The position numbers and the translations under genes were made by a program. A stretch of DNA of 64,000 nt from Oscillospiraceae bacterium. Lineage in GTDB: Bacteria > Bacillota > Clostridia > Oscillospirales > Acutalibacteraceae. How positions within the stretch are numbered: the stretch's first letter is position 1; each line of letters begins with the position of its first letter. Positions 59,619-64,000 of this stretch are shown piece by piece. The notes under the pieces are model-generated. The model saw only the letters and a program-made list of their open reading frames with translations, did no database searches and was not told the DNA's origin. The DNA is taken from the NCBI GenBank assembly GCA_031275995.1, contig JAISNY010000016.1, positions 12,690 to 76,689 on the forward strand, given 5' to 3'.

Positions 59619-59867
59619 ATGAAATTTGTTGAAGGGTCAGTTGTGCGTTCCGCAGCGGGTCACGATAGAGGAGATTTTCAATTGGTGATTTCTGTCGAAG
59701 GCGAATTCGCTTGGGTTTGCGATGGTAAACATCGTCCGCTTGAGAAATTAAAAAAGAAAAAAAGAAAGCATCTTTTTTTAACGAATACGGTCTTGGATAT
59801 TTCTTCGCTTAATTCCAATCGTGCTATTTTTAAGGCATTATCTTTGTTTAGGGATTCTGTTCATTAG
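59619..59867 (+). CDS. KOW-domain RNA-binding protein (the small gene commonly found between map and infA in Firmicutes)
   Basis: GSVVRSAAGHDRGDFQLVISVEGEFAWVCDGKHRPLEKLKKKKRKHL. Confidence 0.7.
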   Translation: MKFVEGSVVRSAAGHDRGDFQLVISVEGEFAWVCDGKHRPLEKLKKKKRKHLFLTNTVLDISSLNSNRAIFKALSLFRDSVH

Positions 59868-60003
59868 TTTTGAAAGTTCAAATAAGGTGAGGATTATCAA
59901 GTAGTGATGTATGACGTTGTTGAGGTGATGAGTTCGAAAAGGTGTTATTTTCGTTTTGAGGATGCCGCGTCAGTTTCGAGTATTCATAAGAGGAGGTTGA
60001 GCA

Positions 60004-60315
60004 ATGGGGCGGGACGATGTTATTGAGGTTGATGGCTGTGAAGTCGTCGAGGTTTTACCAAATGCTATGTTTAGAGTTAGATTGAAAAAAAATGAAGAAC
60101 AAGCTAATATTAGTGGCAAGTCTCAGAATGATGTGACCGTTTTATGCCATATTTCTGGGAAGCTGAGGCAGAACTATATAAAAATTCTGCAAGGTGATGT
60201 CGTTAGAATAGAGATGTCTCCTTATGATTTGACTCGAGGGCGTATAGTTTGGCGGTCGCGCGGCAAGTCGTTTGATTCTGGCTGGCAGGTAAAGTCTGCC
60301 GGCGGTGATAAGTAA
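60004..60315 (+). CDS. infA: Translation initiation factor IF-1 with an internal insertion and a C-terminal extension (103 aa versus about 72)
   Basis: [20 protein letters not shown]...[44 protein letters not shown]. Confidence 0.88.
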   Translation: MGRDDVIEVDGCEVVEVLPNAMFRVRLKKNEEQANISGKSQNDVTVLCHISGKLRQNYIKILQGDVVRIEMSPYDLTRGRIVWRSRGKSFDSGWQVKSAGGDK

Positions 60316-60330
60316 AGAGGTGATTAAAAT

Positions 60331-60442
60331 GAAAGTTAGGCCTTCCGTTAAGAAGATGTGTAGTAAATGTGTAGTAGTCAGGCGTAAGGGTGTCGTAAGG
60401 ATTATCTGTGAAAATCCAAAGCATAAGCAGAGGCAAGGTTAG
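60331..60442 (+). pseudogene. rpmJ: 50S ribosomal protein L36 gene, reading frame broken by an apparent 2-nt deletion
   Basis: ATG 60331 encodes [10 protein letters not shown] and then TAG TAA. The +1 frame from 60359 encodes [27 protein letters not shown]. The total of 112 nt is 2 short of an intact 38-codon gene. Confidence 0.8.
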
Positions 60443-60470
60443 GATTGAAAAACCAAAAGGAGGGAATGGA

Positions 60471-60848
60471 ATGGCTCGGATATCAGGTGTTGATTTGCCT
60501 GCCGGAAAGCGTATTGAAATTGGGTTGACTAGTATTTTCGGCATTGGTTTGTCTACTGCAGCTAAAATTTTGGCGCATACGGGCGTAGATCCGAACGTGC
60601 GTGTTAGAGAGATTTCAGAAAGCGATGTTGCGAAACTTAGGGAATATATAGATAAGAATTGTAAAGTTGAGGGTGATTTGCGTCGTTTTGAGGCGCTTAA
60701 TATCAAGAGGCTCACTGAAATCAGTTGTTATCGGGGCGTCCGTCACAAAAAGGGGTTGCCGGTTAGAGGGCAGCGCACAAAGACTAATGCACGTGTTCGG
60801 AAAGGCCCTACTAAAACGGTTGCAGGTAAGAAGAAAGAAAAAAAATAA
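60471..60848 (+). CDS. rpsM: 30S ribosomal protein S13
   Basis: [26 protein letters not shown]... ATG after AAGGAGGG. Confidence 0.95.
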   Translation: MARISGVDLPAGKRIEIGLTSIFGIGLSTAAKILAHTGVDPNVRVREISESDVAKLREYIDKNCKVEGDLRRFEALNIKRLTEISCYRGVRHKKGLPVRGQRTKTNARVRKGPTKTVAGKKKEKK

Positions 60849-60865
60849 ATTAACGGGGGGTATTT

Positions 60866-61267
60866 ATGGCTGTTCAATCTGGTAAAAAGGCTGTGCCTCG
60901 CAAGCGCAGAGAACGTAAGAATGTTGAAAAAGGTACTGCTCATATTCAATCTACTTTCAACAACACTATTGTTACGATTGCTGATATGCAGGGCAATTCA
61001 ATTTCTTGGTCCAGTGCGGGTTCTTTGGGATTTAAAGGTTCTAAGAAATCTACGCCTTTCGCGGCGCAATCGGCTGCTGAAGCCGCCGCGCGTGGTGCCA
61101 TTGGTTACGGTATGAGGCTTGTAGAGGTTTTTGTTAAAGGTCCGGGTGCCGGTCGAGAGGCTGCTGTTCGAGCGCTTCAAGCAACCGGTTTGGAAATAAG
61201 AATGATTAAAGATGTTACTCCGATACCGCATAATGGTTGTCGCCCACCTAAGCGGCGCAGAGTTTAA
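60866..61267 (+). CDS. rpsK: 30S ribosomal protein S11
   Basis: [22 protein letters not shown]...[11 protein letters not shown]. Confidence 0.95.
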   Translation: MAVQSGKKAVPRKRRERKNVEKGTAHIQSTFNNTIVTIADMQGNSISWSSAGSLGFKGSKKSTPFAAQSAAEAAARGAIGYGMRLVEVFVKGPGAGREAAVRALQATGLEIRMIKDVTPIPHNGCRPPKRRRV

Positions 61268-61280
61268 TGGAGGTGAAATA

Positions 61281-61916
61281 ATGGCAAGATATATTGGTGC
61301 ATCTTGTAGGTTGTGCCGTGCTGAAGGACAGAAGCTTTTTCTTAAGGGAGCTCGTTGTTATTCTGGCAAATGCTCAGTTTTGAGGCGTTCTTATGCGCCG
61401 GGACAGCATGGACAAGGGGGGCGTAAAAAGGTTTCTGAGTTTGGGCATCAGTTGCGTGCTAAACAAAAGGCGCGTAGATATTATGGCGTGTTAGAAAAGC
61501 AGTTTAATCATTATTACGATCTCGCCGAGCATGAAAAAGAAGGCAAAGCGGGCGAGAGCATGTTAGCGCTTTTGGAATCGAGGTTTGATAATGTAATTTA
61601 TCGTCTTGGCTGGGCTAATTCTAGGGCTCATGCTAGGCAGCTACTTTTGCATGGCCATTTTAATGTAAATAATGGGAAGGTTAACATTCCTTCTTACCTT
61701 TTAAAGGTAGGGGATTTTGTTTCGCTTTCTAAAAAAGGGCGTTCTTCCGATGTTTTGAAGGAAATTATTGCTTCAAATTCTTCAAGAGGTTTGCCTAAAT
61801 GGCTTGAATTTACTGGCGGGGAACATTTTGAGGCGAAGGTTCTTGCTAAGGCAGAGCGTGTCGACATAGATTTAGAAGTTGACGAAACATTGATAATTGA
61901 GCTTTATTCAAGATAA
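61281..61916 (+). CDS. rpsD: 30S ribosomal protein S4
   Basis: MARYIGASCRLCRAEGQKLFLKGARC... ATG after GGAGGTG. Confidence 0.95.
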   Translation: MARYIGASCRLCRAEGQKLFLKGARCYSGKCSVLRRSYAPGQHGQGGRKKVSEFGHQLRAKQKARRYYGVLEKQFNHYYDLAEHEKEGKAGESMLALLESRFDNVIYRLGWANSRAHARQLLLHGHFNVNNGKVNIPSYLLKVGDFVSLSKKGRSSDVLKEIIASNSSRGLPKWLEFTGGEHFEAKVLAKAERVDIDLEVDETLIIELYSR

Positions 61917-61952
61917 CTTTAAATGTTGTCCTAATAGTTTTAGGAGGATTCA

Positions 61953-62957
61953 ATGGTTGGTGTCGAAGAAACAAAAGTTGAACTGGTTGATGGCTCAGGT
62001 AGCGGAAATTATGGAAAATTTGTCGTAGCTCCGCTGGGGAGAGGTTATGGAAATACGCTTGGCAATAGCATGCGGCGCGTACTGCTTTCTGGTTTGCCGG
62101 GCGTTGCGCCGTGTGCTGTGAAAATTGCCAGAGTAACTCATGAATTTTCTGCAATTTCCGGAATAAAAGAAGATGTTGCGGAAATTATTTTGAATGTTAA
62201 AAATTTGATTGTTCGCCTTGAAAATTGTGACTCTAAGACCGTGATATTAGACGCAAACGGCCCCGGAGAGATAACTGCGGGTCAAATTATGGTGGACAGT
62301 GATGTGGAAATTTTGAATCCTGAATTGCTTATTGCCACGCTGGATGATGGTGCAAAATTGCGAATGGAAATTACTTTGGGGCGTGGAATAGGTTACCTTC
62401 CGGCGGAACAGAACCGTACGGTTACTAGGGGACTTGGTATAGGCTCGATTCCGATCGACTCTATTTTTACTCCCGTTGTAAAAGCAAATTATGTGGTTGA
62501 AAATACGCGCGTAGGTCAAGTTACCGACTACGACAAACTTATATTGGAAGTTTGGACCAATGGTGTGGTTTCTTCTGCGCAAGCTGTTGTTTTAGCCGCT
62601 AACGGTCTGATCGAACATTTCGGAATCTTGGCCGATCTTCCTACTGAGTACATCGGTTGCATGAATAAACCCGTCGACCCTCCGGTTTCTCGATTTTTGG
62701 AAAATGATTTAAACATTGACGAGCTGGGTTTGTCGGTTAGATCTTATAATTCTTTAAAGCGTTCGGGTGTTAACAAATTGAGTGACCTTATGAATCTTTC
62801 TAGGGATGATATTGCAAAGGTTCGGAATTTAGGTAAAAAATCTTATGACGAAGTAATTGAAAAACTTGCTTCATATGGTTACAATTGCGTAGGAGAAGGA
62901 TCAAGTGAAGATGTTCACGATATTGCCGATGAGCTTGATATGGAAGGTGATGAATAG
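61953..62957 (+). CDS. rpoA: DNA-directed RNA polymerase subunit alpha
   Basis: N-terminal domain GNYGKFVVAPLGRGYGNTLGNSMRRVLLS, C-terminal domain ELGLSVRSYNSLKRSGVNKLSDL, and an acidic tail. Confidence 0.95.
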   Translation: MVGVEETKVELVDGSGSGNYGKFVVAPLGRGYGNTLGNSMRRVLLSGLPGVAPCAVKIARVTHEFSAISGIKEDVAEIILNVKNLIVRLENCDSKTVILDANGPGEITAGQIMVDSDVEILNPELLIATLDDGAKLRMEITLGRGIGYLPAEQNRTVTRGLGIGSIPIDSIFTPVVKANYVVENTRVGQVTDYDKLILEVWTNGVVSSAQAVVLAANGLIEHFGILADLPTEYIGCMNKPVDPPVSRFLENDLNIDELGLSVRSYNSLKRSGVNKLSDLMNLSRDDIAKVRNLGKKSYDEVIEKLASYGYNCVGEGSSEDVHDIADELDMEGDE

Positions 62958-63302
62958 ATGTATGTAAGAAAACTTAATAAAGCAACAGATCACAGGCTTG
63001 CTTTGCTTAAGAATTTAGTTAGATTTTTGTTACAAAAAGGTAAGATTCAGACTACTTTTGCACGTGCGAAAGAAGTTGGCGTTTTAACTGAGAAAATTAT
63101 AACCAAATCTAAATGTAATACTTTGCATAACAGGCGTAACGTGTTAGCTTTTTTGGATGATGAAACGGTCGTTTCTTCGCTTTTTAGCGAAATAGCTCCT
63201 AAATTTTCTCAGCGTAATGGCGGATACACTAGGATAAACAAGTTGGGGCCTAGGCGTGGTGATGCTGCCGAAATGGCTTTGATAGAGCTTATGCCTGTGT
63301 GA
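62958..63302 (+). CDS. rplQ: 50S ribosomal protein L17
   Basis: RKLNKATDHRLALLKNLVRFLL...GGYTRINKLGPRRGDAAEMALIEL. Confidence 0.95.
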   Translation: MYVRKLNKATDHRLALLKNLVRFLLQKGKIQTTFARAKEVGVLTEKIITKSKCNTLHNRRNVLAFLDDETVVSSLFSEIAPKFSQRNGGYTRINKLGPRRGDAAEMALIELMPV

Positions 63303-63343
63303 ATCATTTTTCATATAGTAGTTTTATTTGTTGGAGGGTTTAA

Positions 63344-64000
63344 GTGGAACCGATTTCTTATGTGCTTTTAGCATCGACCTTAGCGCTGTTTTTTGCTATC
63401 TTTTTATTTGTAAAGACGAAAAAATTTTCGATGGGGGATGAAAAATCGGTTAAAATATCTAATGCGATCCAGAGAGGAGCCGTCGCTTATTTAATGCGTC
63501 AATATAAGGTTGTTTCCCTCTTTTTTGGTACGGTTTTTGCTGTTTTGTTTATCTTATCTCTCTTCGGCATAGTAGGTCAGTTTGTGCCATTTGTGTTTTT
63601 GTTGGGTGGCTTTCTTTCAGCTTTTTCTGGATACATAGGTATGAAAACTGCCACTATGGCAAACTCGCGTACTGCGGTGGCGGCTTCTCAGAGTCTTAAC
63701 GCGGGTTTAAGAGTCGCGTTTTCTGCGGGTTCTGTAGTTGGTTTTGTGGTAGTTGGGGTCAGTCTTTTAGGGGTTTCGACTTGGTTTCTCTTCTTGAGGT
63801 ATTGGTACACGTCGGTTCAAGTTGTTTCAAGTGAATCTGAACTTTTGCGTGTAATAACTTCCAACATGCTTACTTTGGGTATGGGCGTTTCGGTCATGGC
63901 GCTTTTTTCAAGAGTCGGAGGAGGAATATTCACTAAAGCTGCCGACGTTGGAGCTGACTTGGTTGGTAAAATTGAGATAGGGATACCAGAAGACGATCCA
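63344..64000 (+). CDS. hppA: Membrane-bound proton/sodium-translocating pyrophosphatase (3' end outside the window)
   Basis: GTG start after GGAGGG. The frame is open to the window end and ends on the conserved ...SRVGGGIFTKAADVGADLVGKIEIGIPEDDP. It is missing from the ORF track because no stop is reached. Confidence 0.88.
   Translation, partial: MEPISYVLLASTLALFFAIFLFVKTKKFSMGDEKSVKISNAIQRGAVAYLMRQYKVVSLFFGTVFAVLFILSLFGIVGQFVPFVFLLGGFLSAFSGYIGMKTATMANSRTAVAASQSLNAGLRVAFSAGSVVGFVVVGVSLLGVSTWFLFLRYWYTSVQVVSSESELLRVITSNMLTLGMGVSVMALFSRVGGGIFTKAADVGADLVGKIEIGIPEDDP

Noticed and set aside
60203-60715. A 170-aa minus-strand ORF spanning infA, rpmJ and rpsM
   Set aside because: It lies antisense to three conserved translation genes and crosses their intergenic regions. 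I treat it as spurious.
1-64000. CRISPR arrays, rRNA genes, prophage or integrase genes, and evidence for an alternative genetic code
   Set aside because: I found no repeat-spacer periodicity, rRNA signatures, integrase or recombinase ORFs. All conserved genes translate cleanly with the standard code.

Overview
This is a low-GC, Firmicutes/Clostridia-like chromosomal segment made up almost entirely of housekeeping genes. The left half carries recG, a Ca2+-type P-type ATPase, gltX, a phosphohexomutase, the rpmG-secE-nusG-rplK-rplA cluster, dxr, topA, tRNA-Arg(UCU), hisS, a low-GC envelope-glycan operon (tarJ-like reductase, GT4, flippase, ABC-2 exporter), dapF, RNase J, ftsY, prfA, ppdK, murI and pyrD/pyrF. 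The right half (47.1-63.3 kb) is a complete S10-spc-alpha ribosomal superoperon (rpsJ to rplQ, with secY, adk, map, infA and rpoA), followed by a membrane pyrophosphatase that runs off the window. No CRISPR array, rRNA, prophage or intact mobile element is present.

The accessory or unusual content is:
- An orphan two-gene module (213 aa + 624 aa) with no motifs I recognise, sitting between the nusG cluster and dxr. It is my best candidate for something undescribed.
- Two large surface proteins with NPxTG (class-B-sortase-type) sorting signals.
- An unannotated 38-aa Cys/Gly/Asn-rich peptide gene next to a PRK06851-like P-loop ATPase.
- Short local duplications at or inside core genes: the pyrD/pyrF junction, the rpsE tail, the adk 5' end and possibly infA.
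- Two apparent frameshifts, one in rpmJ and one in comEA.
- A missing rpmD.
- An IS1-family transposase remnant.
- A 0.9-kb gene-free gap containing GC-rich islands.

All calls come from reading the translated ORFs and the DNA by eye. No database searches were run.
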